Positions 27,435-40,616 of a stretch of DNA of 56,079 bases are shown one piece after another. Below the pieces are notes generated by a model that was not told where the DNA came from, made no database searches, and was given only the letters and a program-made list of their open reading frames with translations. The stretch spans positions 1-56,079 of the forward strand of contig JAFAHL010000386.1 in the NCBI GenBank assembly GCA_019237215.1. Reading direction: 5' to 3'. How positions within the stretch are numbered: the first letter of the stretch is position 1; each line of letters begins with the position of its first letter. The position numbers were made by a program, and so were the translations under genes. The stretch comes from Hyphomicrobiales bacterium (GTDB lineage Bacteria > Pseudomonadota > Alphaproteobacteria > Rhizobiales > Xanthobacteraceae).

Positions 27435-28621
27435 CGGTCGACCTCCCCGAATACGATGTCGATCGAGCCGAGGATCGCGCTGATGTCGGCGAGCATGTGC
27501 TTGCGGCACAGGAAATCCATCGCCTGGAGATGCGCGAAGCCGGGCGCGCGCAGCTTGACCCGATAGGGCCTGTTGGAGCCATCGGAGACGAGATAGACGC
27601 CGAACTCGCCCTTGGGCGCTTCGACGGCGGCGTAGACTTCGCCGGGCGGCACCTTGTAGCCTTCGGTGTAGAGCTTGAAGTGATGGATGAGCGCCTCCAT
27701 CGACTTCTTCATCTCAGGGCGCCGCGGCGGCGCGACCTTGCCGTCGTCCGTCCTCACCGGCCCTTCGCCGCCGGCTGAGTTCAGCTTCTCGCAGCACTGC
27801 TTCATGATCTTGGTCGACTGGCGCATTTCCTCCATGCGCACCACATAGCGGTCGTAACAGTCGCCGTTCTTGCCGACCGGAATGTCGAACTCCATTTCCT
27901 CGTAGCATTCGTAGGGCTGCGACTTGCGCAGGTCCCAGGGCGCGCCGGAGCCGCGCACCATCACGCCGGAAAAGCCCCACGCCCAGGCGTCCGCGAGCTT
28001 GATGACGCCGATGTCGACGTTGCGTTGTTTGAAGATGCGGTTTCCGGTCAGCAAGACCTCCATATCATCGCAGACCTTTAGGAACGGATCGCAGAAAGCC
28101 TCGATGTCGTCGACCAGCTTGCGCGGCAGATCTTGGTGGACGCCGCCGGGACGGAAGTAGGCCGCGTGCATGCGCGAGCCGCTTGCGCGCTCGTAGAACA
28201 CCATCAGCTTCTCGCGCTCCTCGAACCCCCAGAGGATTGGAGTCATCGCGCCGACGTCGTTCGCTTGCGTCGTGATCTGGAGCAGATGCGACAGGAGCCG
28301 GCCAATTTCGGAGTAGAGCACGCGTATGAGCTGGGCCCGGCGCGGGATCGAGACGCCGAGCAGCCGTTCCACTGCGAGCGCGTAGGCGTGCTCCTGATTC
28401 ATCGGCGCGACGTAATCGAGCCTGTCCAGATAGGGCACGTTCTGCAGATACGTGCGCGCCTCCATCAGCTTCTCGGTACCTCGATGCAGGAGGCCGATAT
28501 GCGGATCGACGCGCTCGACCACTTCGCCGTCGAGCTCGAGCACGAGACGCAACACGCCATGCGCCGCCGGATGCTGCGGCCCGAAGTTGATCGAGAAATT
28601 GCGAAGGTTCTGTTCAGTCAT
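27431..28621 (-). CDS. nuoD: NADH-quinone oxidoreductase subunit D
   Basis: 396 aa, [33 protein letters not shown]... Confidence 0.97.
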   Translation of the reverse strand: MTEQNLRNFSINFGPQHPAAHGVLRLVLELDGEVVERVDPHIGLLHRGTEKLMEARTYLQNVPYLDRLDYVAPMNQEHAYALAVERLLGVSIPRRAQLIRVLYSEIGRLLSHLLQITTQANDVGAMTPILWGFEEREKLMVFYERASGSRMHAAYFRPGGVHQDLPRKLVDDIEAFCDPFLKVCDDMEVLLTGNRIFKQRNVDIGVIKLADAWAWGFSGVMVRGSGAPWDLRKSQPYECYEEMEFDIPVGKNGDCYDRYVVRMEEMRQSTKIMKQCCEKLNSAGGEGPVRTDDGKVAPPRRPEMKKSMEALIHHFKLYTEGYKVPPGEVYAAVEAPKGEFGVYLVSDGSNRPYRVKLRAPGFAHLQAMDFLCRKHMLADISAILGSIDIVFGEVDR

Positions 28622-28739
28622 GGGCGCCGCCCCTGCGTTGCTGATCCGCAGTTGGCAATCGGCAGTTGGCGACGAGCTCGTGGATCATCTCAGTCCTCGG
28701 ACGCATACCACAACCTCCGCGCCGCTCCCTATTCGCCGC

Positions 28740-29336
28740 TCACGACTTCGCCTTTTCATCCCCCGGAAGCGGAGGCCCTTCCCACGGGCTCAGGAAATCG
28801 AACTCGCGAAATTCCTGGGTCAGGCGAACCGGCTCGTAGCGCACCCGCTTCTCCTGGTCGTCGTAGCGCACCTCGACGAAGCCTGTCATCGGGAAATCCT
28901 TGCGCAGCGGATGACCGTCGAAGCCGTAGTCCGTCAGGATCCGCCTCAGATCAGGATGGCCGACGAACAGCACGCCGAAGAAGTCGTAGATCTCGCGCTC
29001 GTACCAGTCGGCGCCCGGATAGACCGCTGTCGCGCTCTCAATCGGGGTCTCCTCGTCCGTCGCGAGCTTGACGCGGATGCGGCGATTGAGCTTCGGCGAC
29101 AAGAGATGATAGACGACCTCGAACCGGTTCTCGCGTTCTGGATAATCTGCGCCCGAAATATCGATAATCGACGCGAACTGCGCGGCCGGATCGTCCCGCA
29201 GGAATTTGAGCGCATCGACTATACGGCTCGGGTCGACAGTCAGCGTCATCTCGCCGAACGCAAAGCTCGACGCCGTGACCGCGCCAGGCATCGCGGCGTC
29301 GATTTTGGCGCCGACGGTTTGCAAAAGCTCGTCCAT
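28740..29336 (-). CDS. nuoC: NADH-quinone oxidoreductase subunit C
   Basis: 198 aa; ...[62 protein letters not shown]. Confidence 0.95.
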   Translation of the reverse strand: MDELLQTVGAKIDAAMPGAVTASSFAFGEMTLTVDPSRIVDALKFLRDDPAAQFASIIDISGADYPERENRFEVVYHLLSPKLNRRIRVKLATDEETPIESATAVYPGADWYEREIYDFFGVLFVGHPDLRRILTDYGFDGHPLRKDFPMTGFVEVRYDDQEKRVRYEPVRLTQEFREFDFLSPWEGPPLPGDEKAKS

Positions 29337-29360
29337 CCGACCGTCGTCCTTCCCGCCGCC

Positions 29361-29936
29361 CTAGCGCTCGATCGTCCCCGTTCGGCGGATTTTCTTTTGC
29401 AGCATCAGCACGCCGTAGAGCAGAGCCTCGGCCGTTGGCGGACAGCCCGGCACGTAAATGTCGACTGGCACGATACGGTCGCAGCCGCGAACCACTGAAT
29501 AGGAATAATGATAGTAGCCGCCGCCGTTGGCGCAAGAACCCATCGAGATGACGTAGCGCGGCTCCGGCATTTGGTCGTAAACCTTGCGTAGCGCGGGCGC
29601 CATCTTGTTGGTGAGCGTGCCGGCGACGATCATCACGTCCGACTGACGCGGGCTTCCGCGCGGCGCAAAGCCGAAGCGCTCGACATCGTATCGCGGCATC
29701 GAAAGCTGCATCATCTCGACCGCGCAGCAGGCAAGCCCGAACGTCATCCACATCAGCGAGCCTGTGCGCGCCCATTGGATGAGATCGTCCGCTGTGGTGA
29801 CGAGGAACCCTTTGTCGGCAAGTTCGTCGCTGATCGCGCCGAAGGTGGCGTCGTTGACGCCGATCAGCCTCCCCGTCGACGGATCGACGAGGCCAGTCGC
29901 CGCCGGCGCGATGATCGGATTTGCGCTCAATCCCAT
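29361..29936 (-). CDS. nuoB: NADH-quinone oxidoreductase subunit B
   Basis: 191 aa; [38 protein letters not shown]; overlaps nuoA by 10 nt. Confidence 0.97.
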   Translation of the reverse strand: MGLSANPIIAPAATGLVDPSTGRLIGVNDATFGAISDELADKGFLVTTADDLIQWARTGSLMWMTFGLACCAVEMMQLSMPRYDVERFGFAPRGSPRQSDVMIVAGTLTNKMAPALRKVYDQMPEPRYVISMGSCANGGGYYHYSYSVVRGCDRIVPVDIYVPGCPPTAEALLYGVLMLQKKIRRTGTIER

Positions 29937-30292
29937 TCAAGCGCTCCCTTATTCCATTCGTAGACGAAACCGACGGTCAGAACCGCCAGGAAGAGCATCA
30001 TCGACCAGAAGCCGAGCGCCCCAAGGTCGTGGAAAACAATCGCCCAGGGAAACAGGAACGCAACCTCGAGGTCGAAGATGATGAACAGCAGCGAGACCAA
30101 GTAGAAGCGGGCGTCGAAGCGCATGCGCGCGTCATCGAACGGGGGGAAACCACATTCATAGGGCGACAGCTTCTCGGAGTCGGGAGCCTTGAAGGCGAGC
30201 AGGAACGGCGCCACGAGCAAGGCCCCCGAGATCAGGGCTGCAATGATGATGAAGACGACCAGCGGAAGATAATCGGAAATGAGGCTCGGCAT
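29927..30292 (-). CDS. nuoA: NADH-quinone oxidoreductase subunit A
   Basis: Internal ATG 30292: [34 protein letters not shown]...YECGF...[15 protein letters not shown]; 121 aa. Confidence 0.93.
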   Translation of the reverse strand: MPSLISDYLPLVVFIIIAALISGALLVAPFLLAFKAPDSEKLSPYECGFPPFDDARMRFDARFYLVSLLFIIFDLEVAFLFPWAIVFHDLGALGFWSMMLFLAVLTVGFVYEWNKGALEWD

Positions 30293-30520
30293 CGGCCTTC
30301 CTCTCGGGACGTCGAACGGGCGCAAAGGAGCGCAGCGTCGCAGCAACGCGCATGCCCCTCCCTCTATTCGAAGGCCTATCGCAGCGCAGCGTAGCATGCA
30401 AGGCGAAAGGCGGAGTTCGAAAAAAACTCAGCAGGAAGTCCGACGACTTTCACCCTATTTAGTATTCTTCACCGCAAGGCGCCACCGGCCCGCGATGACA
30501 TTCTTCTTAAAGAAGAAAAA

Positions 30521-30597
<77 letters not shown>

Positions 30598-30688
30598 GCG
30601 GGGACTGAGCCGGATAAGCCAGGCAGGCGGCCAAGTCAAGGCGCGCTTGTGCCCTTTGCCGAGCGTCTGCACCCTCCAGCCGGGAGCG

Positions 30689-31330
30689 CTAGAACTGGCT
30701 CGTCGCGAACGACCAGCGTCGCATTTCGGCGCGGGTGAGGATGTGGACCGAATCGGGCGGCAAAGATTCCGCCGTCCGAACGAGAGCCGGGTCGACACCC
30801 ATCCGGCGCGCATAGCGCTGGAGGACGGCGATCATCGGGGCGTCGGCGAAGCTGCGCGTGATATGCGCAGGCCCATCCCAGCCGCCGCCTTCGCTTTCGA
30901 CGATCGACATCCGGTGCAAGGCGACTTCGCTTCCCGGAGGGGCGATCCGACGCACCGCGCCCATCATCGCGTAGACGCAGGCAGACAAACATTCGCCTGT
31001 ATAGGGACCCGCGTCCCAGCCGCCTTCAAAACGGCCCACGACGCCTGCAACCCGCAACTCGCGCAAGATATGTCCGAAGACCATGGACGCGACGACATTG
31101 CCGCCTCGCGAATTGAAAAAGATGATGCGGCGAAGGTTCGTGTCGGAACTGCCCGCCTTGAGGAAGTCGACAAAGGCCTGGGGCGTGTCGGTCTCGATGA
31201 CCCCGTCGGCGACGATTACATGCGGACAGCGCGCCCCGCAGCTGCCCGTCTCGAGCGGCTCGACGCGAAACGTCATGGAGCCGGACTCCGCGCGGGCCGC
31301 CGGCGCGAACGCTCCCAAAACGAGGATCAA
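30689..31330 (-). CDS. predicted periplasmic protein, ClpP/crotonase-like (COG3904-like), between two tRNA genes
   Basis: The track ORF (to 31525) reads through tRNA-Val, so it is trimmed to TTG 31330 (alternative ATG 31276). LILVLGAFAPAARA|ESGS is signal-peptide-like; FFNSRGGNVVASMVFGHILRELRV...GECLSACVYAMMGAVRR resembles COG3904 proteins (from recall). Confidence 0.5.
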   Translation of the reverse strand: MILVLGAFAPAARAESGSMTFRVEPLETGSCGARCPHVIVADGVIETDTPQAFVDFLKAGSSDTNLRRIIFFNSRGGNVVASMVFGHILRELRVAGVVGRFEGGWDAGPYTGECLSACVYAMMGAVRRIAPPGSEVALHRMSIVESEGGGWDGPAHITRSFADAPMIAVLQRYARRMGVDPALVRTAESLPPDSVHILTRAEMRRWSFATSQF

Positions 31331-31368
31331 GCCGAGCGAGGCGAGCCATTGAAGGCGGCGGCGACGGC

Positions 31369-31444
31369 TGGTGGGCGGTGACGGGCTCGAACCGCCGACC
31401 CTCTCGGTGTAAACGAGATGCTCTGCCAACTGAGCTAACCGCCC
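31369..31444 (-). tRNA. tRNA-Val (anticodon UAC)
   Basis: Reverse complement: GGGCGGT-TA-GCTC-AGTTGGCA-GAGC-A-TCTCG-TTTACAC-CGAGA-GGGTC-GGCGG-TTCGAGC-CCGTC-ACCGCCC-A-CCA (76 nt). Confidence 0.93.
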
Positions 31445-31536
31445 TTCTTGCGGGGGACGCATGTGGTCCAGACAGATTACAGCCTCGCTCGCGCGCCAAC
31501 AAGCGTAGAAGACTATTAAGCGCAATTGCGTTCCCC

Positions 31537-31574
31537 AAAAGCGGCGAGGCGGCCTTCCGGCCGCCCCGCTTTTG
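31537..31574 (-). terminator. rho-independent terminator downstream of hupB (bidirectional shape)
   Basis: aaaa-gcggcgaggcggcc-ttcc-ggccgccccgc-tttt; a GC-rich stem flanked by an A-run and a T-run, 19 nt after the hupB stop. Confidence 0.7.
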
Positions 31575-31592
31575 TCGCTCTTCCCGATGGGG

Positions 31593-31883
31593 TTATTTCT
31601 TGGTCGACTTCTTGTTGAGGCTCGCCTTCAACGCCGCGCCGGGCTTGAAACGCGCGTTCTTCGAAGCGGCGATCTTGATCTCCTTCCCCGTCGCTGGATT
31701 GCGGCCTTTGCCTGCTGCCCGTTCGCGCACGGAAAAGGTCCCGAATCCGACGAGACGGACTTCTTCGCCCTTCTTTAGAGTTTTCTCGATTCCCTCGAGC
31801 ACCGCCTCGAGAGCGGCCGCTGCGCTCACCTTGGTCAATTCCGCTTTCGTCGCGATGTGGTCGACGAGCTCAAGCTTGTTCAT
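31593..31883 (-). CDS. hupB: DNA-binding protein HU
   Basis: MNKLELVDHIATKAELTKVSAAAALEAVLEGIEKTLKKGEEVRLVGFGTFSVRERAAGKGRNPATGKEIKIAASKNARFKPGAALK; short Lys-rich tail. Confidence 0.95.
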   Translation of the reverse strand: MNKLELVDHIATKAELTKVSAAAALEAVLEGIEKTLKKGEEVRLVGFGTFSVRERAAGKGRNPATGKEIKIAASKNARFKPGAALKASLNKKSTKK

Positions 31884-32122
31884 CGTTGTCTCTCCGTTGG
31901 AACCTGGCCCCTTCGTCCGGCGCCGCCTTATCGCGCGGCATTGCTGGCCGTCGCGTGCTCAAGCCGACCCTCCCCGCGGCAGCGCCTGAGCGCCGTCTTC
32001 CCGCGCGAATCGGCGGCTGAGTTCGCCTCATTGCTCACGTTCGGCCTAGGAAACGCAAGGGTTTGCGCGGAGAGAGCACAAAAAAAGATGCATCCCGCCG
32101 CGGAAATCCGGCTCCGAACAAG

Positions 32123-32156
32123 AAAAACGCCGCAAACCCCCGATGGGTTTGCAGCG
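32123..32156 (-). terminator. rho-independent terminator downstream of lon
   Basis: The minus strand reads cgctgcaaaccc-atcg-ggggtttgcggcg followed by ttttt, 28 nt after the lon stop. Confidence 0.7.
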
Positions 32157-32183
32157 TTTCGAACCACCTTCGGCCCCGGAAGG

Positions 32184-34610
<2,427 letters not shown>

Positions 34611-34809
34611 GGCTGTCCTTCTGGAAGGCCGGCCGGCGAGGCCGACTCTCAAGTTTATTTTGACGACGCCCGCCGACGAGCCCGGCCCTGAGATTCAGCA
34701 GCTCAGCTTGTCGCCTATGCACCCCGCCCGTCGGATAGCCCGAACGGCATCGAGCCGACTCCCGCCGCAAGGTTCGTGCCGCGCCCGGGGAATCGCACGT
34801 CTTTGGCTG

Positions 34810-34839
34810 AAGATGGGCTTCAAACGAGACAGTTTCAAG
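34810..34839 (-). promoter_or_regulatory. sigma-32 (RpoH)-type heat-shock promoter candidate for lon
   Basis: The minus strand reads CTTGAA (34839-34834), a 16-nt spacer, then CCCATCTT (34817-10), matching CTTGAA-N13-17-CCCCATnT; about 200 nt upstream of the lon ATG. Confidence 0.5.
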
Positions 34840-34855
34840 CCATCCGAACGGCGTA

Positions 34856-36109
34856 TCAGCTCGCCCGTTCGGCGCGCTCGGCGTAGATGTAGAGCGGGCG
34901 CGCCTTCCCTTCGACGACCTCGGGGCCGATCACAACCTGCTCAACGCCATCGAGCCCGGGCAGTTCGAACATCGTATCAAGCAGGATTCCTTCCATGATC
35001 GAGCGCAGGCCGCGGGCGCCCGTCCGCCGCTCGATCGCCTTTTTGGCGACGACGTTCAGGGCCTCGTCCTGGAAGGTCAGGTCGGTGCTCTCCATCTCGA
35101 ACAGGCGCTGATACTGCTTGACGAGCGCGTTCTTCGGCTCGGTCAGGATCTTCTTGAGCGCCTCTTCGTCCAGATCCTCGAGGGTCGCGATAACCGGCAG
35201 GCGGCCAACGAACTCGGGAATGAGGCCGAATTTCAAGAGATCCTCGGGCTCCACCTCGCGGAAGACCTCGCCGGTCCGGCGGTCGTCCGGCGACTGCACC
35301 TTCGCCCCGAAGCCGATCGACGTCCCCTTGCCGCGCGCCGATATGATGCGCTCGAGACCCGAGAAGGCGCCGCCGCAGATGAAGAGAATGTTGGTCGTGT
35401 CGACCTGCAGGAATTCCTGCTGCGGGTGCTTGCGGCCGCCCTGCGGGGGGACGCTCGCGATCGTGCCTTCCATGATCTTGAGAAGCGCCTGCTGAACGCC
35501 TTCGCCCGAAACGTCACGGGTGATCGACGGATTGTCCGACTTCCGGCTGATCTTGTCGATCTCGTCGATATAGACGATGCCGCGCTGCGCCCGTTCGACA
35601 TTGTAGTCCGAGGCCTGCAGCAATTTGAGAATGATGTTCTCGACGTCCTCGCCAACATAGCCCGCTTCGGTCAGCGTCGTCGCGTCGGCCATCGTGAAGG
35701 GCACGTCGAGGATGCGCGCGAGCGTCTGGGCGAGCAACGTCTTTCCCGACCCGGTGGGGCCGATCAGCAGGATATTGGACTTGGCCAGTTCGACATCGCC
35801 GTGCTTTGTCGCATGATTGAGGCGCTTGTAGTGATTGTGCACGGCCACCGACAGCACCCGCTTGGCCTGGGGTTGGCCGATCACATAATCGTCGAGGACC
35901 TTACAGATCTCGCGCGGCGTCGGGATGCCGTCCTTGCTTTTGACGAGTGCAGTCTTGCTCTCCTCGCGGATGATGTCCATGCAGAGTTCGACGCATTCAT
36001 CGCAAATGAAAACGGTCGGTCCGGCGATAAGCTTTCGCACTTCATGCTGGCTCTTGCCGCAGAACGAGCAGTAGAGCGTATTTTTGGCGTCGCCGTCCGC
36101 CTTGGCCAT
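34856..36109 (-). CDS. clpX: ATP-dependent Clp protease ATP-binding subunit ClpX
   Basis: ATG 36109: [43 protein letters not shown] (zinc-binding domain), Walker [16 protein letters not shown]. Confidence 0.97.
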   Translation of the reverse strand: MAKADGDAKNTLYCSFCGKSQHEVRKLIAGPTVFICDECVELCMDIIREESKTALVKSKDGIPTPREICKVLDDYVIGQPQAKRVLSVAVHNHYKRLNHATKHGDVELAKSNILLIGPTGSGKTLLAQTLARILDVPFTMADATTLTEAGYVGEDVENIILKLLQASDYNVERAQRGIVYIDEIDKISRKSDNPSITRDVSGEGVQQALLKIMEGTIASVPPQGGRKHPQQEFLQVDTTNILFICGGAFSGLERIISARGKGTSIGFGAKVQSPDDRRTGEVFREVEPEDLLKFGLIPEFVGRLPVIATLEDLDEEALKKILTEPKNALVKQYQRLFEMESTDLTFQDEALNVVAKKAIERRTGARGLRSIMEGILLDTMFELPGLDGVEQVVIGPEVVEGKARPLYIYAERAERAS

Positions 36110-36367
36110 CGTGTTCTCCAATCAGGCCGCTTGCGTCGAAGCGATTCTTGAATCGACCTCGCAGCCTAAACAAATCACCCTAACGAAACGTAGCCTTCGG
36201 CCTGTCTCGCCGAAGCGCTGCGTCAAACCATTCGCCTCCGTCCGGTTTTTCGCGGCGGCAGGATCCGACAAGCAACCATCAAACTCCGGGGGAAATCAAG
36301 CCCGCGCCGGAAAATTGATTGCCGTTAAGCCTTTCCGCCCTCGCGCCGCGCGCCCTTCGGGGCTGCC

Positions 36368-37009
36368 TTAGGCCAGCACTTTCGCCTCTTCGACTTCCGC
36401 GGCGCGCTTGGTCGTCACTTCGTCCACGATGCCGAACGCCTTAGCCTCTTCCGCCGACATGAAATGATCGCGATCCAACGTTCTTTCAATGGCTTCGTAG
36501 GACTGGCCGGTATGATGGACGTAGATTTCGTTAAGGCGGCGCTTCACTTTGAGGATGTCCTCGGCGTGGCGCTGGATGTCGGAAGCCTGGCCCTGGAAAC
36601 CGCCCGAAGGCTGGTGCACCATGATTCGGGAATTGGGAAGGGCAAAACGCGATCCCTTCTCGCCCGCAGCGAGCAGCATTGAGCCCATCGAGGCCGCCTG
36701 GCCGATGCACATCGTCGTCACCCTGGGGCGAATGAACTGCATCGTGTCGTAGATCGAGAGCCCCGCCGTGACCACGCCGCCGGGCGAATTGATGTAGAGC
36801 GCGATTTCCTTCTTCGGATTATCGGCTTCCAGGAAGAGAAGCTGCGCCACGATCAGGGAGGCCGAGACGTCATCGACCGGTCCCACCATGAAAATGATTC
36901 GTTCGCGCAGGAGTCGCGAAAAGATGTCGAACGAGCGTTCGCCGCGCGCCGACTGCTCGATGACGATCGGCACGAGGTTGTTGGTGTAGTAGTCGATCGG
37001 ATCGCGCAT
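36368..37009 (-). CDS. clpP: ATP-dependent Clp protease proteolytic subunit ClpP
   Basis: ATG 37009: [40 protein letters not shown]...; catalytic GQAASMGS and MVHQPSGG. Confidence 0.97.
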   Translation of the reverse strand: MRDPIDYYTNNLVPIVIEQSARGERSFDIFSRLLRERIIFMVGPVDDVSASLIVAQLLFLEADNPKKEIALYINSPGGVVTAGLSIYDTMQFIRPRVTTMCIGQAASMGSMLLAAGEKGSRFALPNSRIMVHQPSGGFQGQASDIQRHAEDILKVKRRLNEIYVHHTGQSYEAIERTLDRDHFMSAEEAKAFGIVDEVTTKRAAEVEEAKVLA

Positions 37010-37108
37010 GTGCTCACTATTCTCCGGAAATCTCTGGCTGTCGCCGCGACCTAGATAGGCGCTCTCCGGCATCCCGAAAAGGGGCGTGCGTCCCCCGCCT
37101 CGGGCCCC

Positions 37109-38524
37109 TCAACTGCCGCCTGACGCGCCCGGCAACGAGGCGGCAGGCGGTTCGGTCTCCTGCGCCACCGCCGGCATTTCGTCGTCGATCGGCTTCAGGA
37201 GTTCTTCCTTGGTGGTCTTGCGCTCCGTAACCCTGGCCAAGCCGATGATGTGATCGACGACCTTCTCCTCGTAGATCGGGGCGCGGAGTTCCGCGAGCGC
37301 CTGCTGATTGTTGCGGTAGAAGTCCCACACCTGCTTTTCCTGACCGGGGTAGGCCCGCGCGCGAGCGACAAGCGCCTGGGTCATCTCCTCGTCCGACACT
37401 TTGACCTCCGCCCTGTTTCCAACTTCGGCCAAAAGGAGCCCGAGCCGAACGCGACGCTCGGCGATCTTGCGGTAGTCCGCGCGGGCAGCGTCTTCAGTCG
37501 TGTTCTCGTCGGCGAAGCTGCGACCCGAAGCCTGCTGCTCGCGCATCACCTGCGCCCAGATCGAATCGAATTCCTGATTGACGAGCCCCTCCGGCAGCTC
37601 GAAGCCGTAAAGCGCATCAAGCTTGTCGAGGAGCTGGCGCTTGACCTTGTCGCGGGAAGCGCGGGCGTAGTCTGACGCAATCCGATCACGGATCATTTCC
37701 TTGAGCTTGTCGAGGCTTTCGAAGCCGAGCCCCTTCGCGAACTCGTCGTCGATTGCGAGCGCCTCGCGCGCAGCGATGGCCTTCACCGTCACGTCGAAGT
37801 CGCCGGTCTGGCCTGCGAGTGCGCGGACCGCATAGGCCTCGGGAAATGTCGCCTGAATGACGCGCTTGTCTCCGGCCGAGACGCCAAGAAGCTGCTCTTC
37901 GAAGCCTGGAATGAAGGTATTGGAGCCGAGCACGACCTCAATGTCCTTGCCCTCACCGCCCTCGAACGGCGCGCCCTTGATCGTCCCGGTGAAATCGACG
38001 GTGACGCGGTCATGGGTCTCAGCCTTCGCGCCCTCAGGCTTCTGCGTATAGGTGCGGCGCTCTTCGGCCAGGCGGTCGATCGCAGCGTCGACCTCGGCCT
38101 CCTCGACGTCAGTGACCAGGCGCTCGAGCGTGATCTGCGAGAAGTCGCCCACTTCAAATACGGGCAGCACTTCGAGCGCGACCTTGAAATTGAGATCGCC
38201 GCGCGCCTCCAGCGCCGCGTTGATCACGGCCTGATCGGTCGGCAGTTCGACCTTCGGCTCGCGCGCGAGCCGCAGACCGTTGTCGTCCACGATTTTCTTG
38301 TTGGCGCTGGCGATCGCCTCCTGCACGACATCGGCCATCACCGACTTGCCGTAGACCTTGCGCAGATGTTCGACCGGCACCTTGCCGGGACGGAAGCCAT
38401 TGATGCGGACCTTCGTTTTGAGCTCGGCCAACTGGCCGTTCAGCTTCGCCGCAAGGTCGCTCGCCGGCAGAGAAATGTCATACTCGCGCTTGAGCCCCTG
38501 GCTCAGCGTCTGTGTCACCTGCAT
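37109..38524 (-). CDS. tig: trigger factor
   Basis: 471 aa, MQVTQTLSQGLKREYDISLPASDLAAKLN...INGFRPGKVP; PPIase middle domain. Confidence 0.95.
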   Translation of the reverse strand: MQVTQTLSQGLKREYDISLPASDLAAKLNGQLAELKTKVRINGFRPGKVPVEHLRKVYGKSVMADVVQEAIASANKKIVDDNGLRLAREPKVELPTDQAVINAALEARGDLNFKVALEVLPVFEVGDFSQITLERLVTDVEEAEVDAAIDRLAEERRTYTQKPEGAKAETHDRVTVDFTGTIKGAPFEGGEGKDIEVVLGSNTFIPGFEEQLLGVSAGDKRVIQATFPEAYAVRALAGQTGDFDVTVKAIAAREALAIDDEFAKGLGFESLDKLKEMIRDRIASDYARASRDKVKRQLLDKLDALYGFELPEGLVNQEFDSIWAQVMREQQASGRSFADENTTEDAARADYRKIAERRVRLGLLLAEVGNRAEVKVSDEEMTQALVARARAYPGQEKQVWDFYRNNQQALAELRAPIYEEKVVDHIIGLARVTERKTTKEELLKPIDDEMPAVAQETEPPAASLPGASGGS

Positions 38525-38666
38525 TGTCCAATCCGCCTTATACTCTTAGCCAAGGCATCCCTTAGCCGATTTTTCCGGCGTCGCCAAAACGTCATCTTCG
38601 ACCGGCGACGATCGCGTATCGTTCGGCGCCGCTCCGTTAAGAGACCGCCCCCGCGGGCTCTAGGAC

Positions 38667-38751
38667 TGGTGCGGGCGGAGGGACTCGAACCCCCACAACT
38701 TGCGTCACCGGAACCTAAATCCGGCGCGTCTACCAATTCCGCCACGCCCGC
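38667..38751 (-). tRNA. tRNA-Leu (anticodon UAG)
   Basis: Reverse complement GCGGGCGTGGCGGAATTGGTAGACGCGCCGGATTTAGGTTCCGGTGACGCAAGTTGTGGGGGTTCGAGTCCCTCCGCCCGCACCA; 85 nt with a long variable arm. Confidence 0.92.
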
Positions 38752-39053
38752 GGTCGACGCCGCTCGGCGAGCGCGCATCATGCTTCGGGCGCGCTCTATA
38801 CCAGCTTGCCTGTCAGGCGCCACAGAAAAAAGCATGACGACTATTGGGGCAGTCACGTCATCCGGAGCTGCAAAGGCTTGTGCAGCGGAGGAAATGAGCG
38901 GTTGCGCGACCCGCGCGCTGGGCTAGAACGCCGAGCCACATCGCGCGGACGAGACCGTGGCGACGCGAGGAATGACATGAGGCGCCAGAGGAACACGCCG
39001 CCGACGCTCATGCTATCTGCCCGGGCCGCCACCCGTCGCGCCGCGGGGCGATC

Positions 39054-40412
39054 ATGATTCCGACGCGCCGTGCGGTTCTGGCCGGCGGGCTTTCCGCGGC
39101 GGCGTGGAGATTGATCGCCCGCGCTGAAACCCCTGCCCTGACGGCGGACGGCTTTCTCCTCTTCGAGGCCGGCCCCTCCCGGCATCCGCTCGCTCCGCCG
39201 CCGGCCGATCCGGCCGCGACGCTCTCTTACGCGGGGGCGACGCCGGGACCACTTCTTCGCCTCAAGAAAGGCGAGGAGTTGAAGCTCAGGCTGGTCAACA
39301 AACTCGCCGAGCCGACCGCGTTGAACTTTCCTGGACTGCGCACGGCCAACGCCAGCGCCGGCTACGGCGGGCTGACCCAGCCGCGCCTTCAGCCGGGCGG
39401 AAGCTCCGACATCCGTTTTGCGCCGCCCGATTCCGGCTTCAATCTCTATCTGCCGCATGCCGGATTGATCGACGCCGGCCAGCAGGGGCGCGGCCTCTTC
39501 GGCCCGATCATTGTCGAGGAGGTCAATAAGGTCGACGCCGATCAGGACGTCGCGGTCGTGCTGTCGGACTGGAACCTCGGCGAGCGCGGGCAGATCAAGG
39601 ACGACTTCGCCGACCCTGCACTCGCCCGTGGGTCGGGCCGCAAGGGCGGCCTCGTCTTCGCCAATGGCGAGGCCGCACCCCTCAAGTTCGCCGCGCGGCC
39701 CGGCGCGCGCCTCCGCCTCAGGCTCGGCAACGCCGCAACCGCGCGCCTGACCAACGTCGGTATCGACGGCGCCAGGACCTTCATCGTCGCGGTCGATGGC
39801 CAGCCGAGCGAGCCGTTCGAGCCATTGCGCAACCAGTTTCCGATGGGACCCGGCGCGCGCTTCGAACTGATGGTCGACATGCCGCGCGCGGCGGGCGCGA
39901 GCGTCCGGCTCATCCTCAAGGGCGACGCAGGCGCGGCGGATCAGCCGTTCGTGACCATCGCGACGCAAGGCGAACCGCTCGCCGAACGCGCGTCGGCCCC
40001 TGGCCTTACCGCCAATCCGCTCCTGCCGGCAGAGATCGCGCTCGAGGCGGCGCGCCGCTACGATTTTGCCCTGAGCGGCGGCGGCGCGGCGCCCTTCGCG
40101 CTGAACGGCGCGACCTTCGTGGACTGGTCGCCGAAGCCCGCCTTCGTCATTCCGCGCGGCGCGCCCTCGGTGTTTGCGATCGCCAACAAGACCGCGGTCG
40201 TGCAGGCGATCCGCCTTGGCGGCCATGTCGCGCGCTTGCTGCACTCCATGGACGACGGCTGGGAGCCCTATTGGCGCGACACCGTTCTCATCCAGCCCGG
40301 CCGCACCGCCCACATTGCTTTTGTCGCCGACAATCCGGGCAAATGGCCAATCGAATCGACGATTCCCGAACATCGCGCGGCGGGGGTCGGCGGCTGGTTT
40401 CAGGTGGGGTGA
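39054..40412 (+). CDS. Tat-exported multicopper-oxidase-fold protein lacking the copper ligands (FtsP/SufI-like)
   Basis: MIPTRRAVLAGGLSAAAWRLIARA twin-arginine signal; three cupredoxin-like segments. The positions of HWHG, WYHSH, HPxHLHG and HCHxxxH read NFPG, LYLPHAG, GGHVARLL and ESTIPEHRAAG. Confidence 0.75.
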   Translation: MIPTRRAVLAGGLSAAAWRLIARAETPALTADGFLLFEAGPSRHPLAPPPADPAATLSYAGATPGPLLRLKKGEELKLRLVNKLAEPTALNFPGLRTANASAGYGGLTQPRLQPGGSSDIRFAPPDSGFNLYLPHAGLIDAGQQGRGLFGPIIVEEVNKVDADQDVAVVLSDWNLGERGQIKDDFADPALARGSGRKGGLVFANGEAAPLKFAARPGARLRLRLGNAATARLTNVGIDGARTFIVAVDGQPSEPFEPLRNQFPMGPGARFELMVDMPRAAGASVRLILKGDAGAADQPFVTIATQGEPLAERASAPGLTANPLLPAEIALEAARRYDFALSGGGAAPFALNGATFVDWSPKPAFVIPRGAPSVFAIANKTAVVQAIRLGGHVARLLHSMDDGWEPYWRDTVLIQPGRTAHIAFVADNPGKWPIESTIPEHRAAGVGGWFQVG

Positions 40413-40616
40413 GGGCGAAGATCCTGTCAGCAGGGAGAAACAGGGAGAAATGCGCCCTCCCGATCCAATTTCGCAGCAAAAAGACCTTTGCGATCAATCC
40501 CTTGCGCAAAAATCACCGCGCGCGCAACAGGACGATTACAGGGAGAACATTCGCGCATGACAGAGTCATATCAGGTGGGGATAGAGTTCCCGCGGCTTCG
40601 ACCGCCCAGTCGCCTG

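Noticed and set aside
28648-28670. 9-nt direct repeat gcagttggc (28648-28656 and 28662-28670) in the 118-nt nuoC-nuoD spacer
   Set aside because: It is short, has no associated structure or known motif, and could arise by chance or local slippage. It is noted only because the spacer is longer than other nuo junctions.
30501-30517. AT-only palindrome ttcttctt-a-aagaagaa next to the tRNA-Asp 3' end as a possible terminator
   Set aside because: The 8-bp A/T stem has a 1-nt centre, and on the transcribed (minus) strand the T-run precedes rather than follows it. It is too weak and wrongly arranged for an intrinsic terminator.
37040-37075. Possible RpoH-type promoter for clpP (CCTATCTAG matches the alphaproteobacterial -10 CYTATNTNG)
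   Set aside because: The -35 partner is only CTTT with an 18-nt spacing rather than CTTG-N17, so the evidence is weaker than for the lon candidate. It is not reported as a feature.
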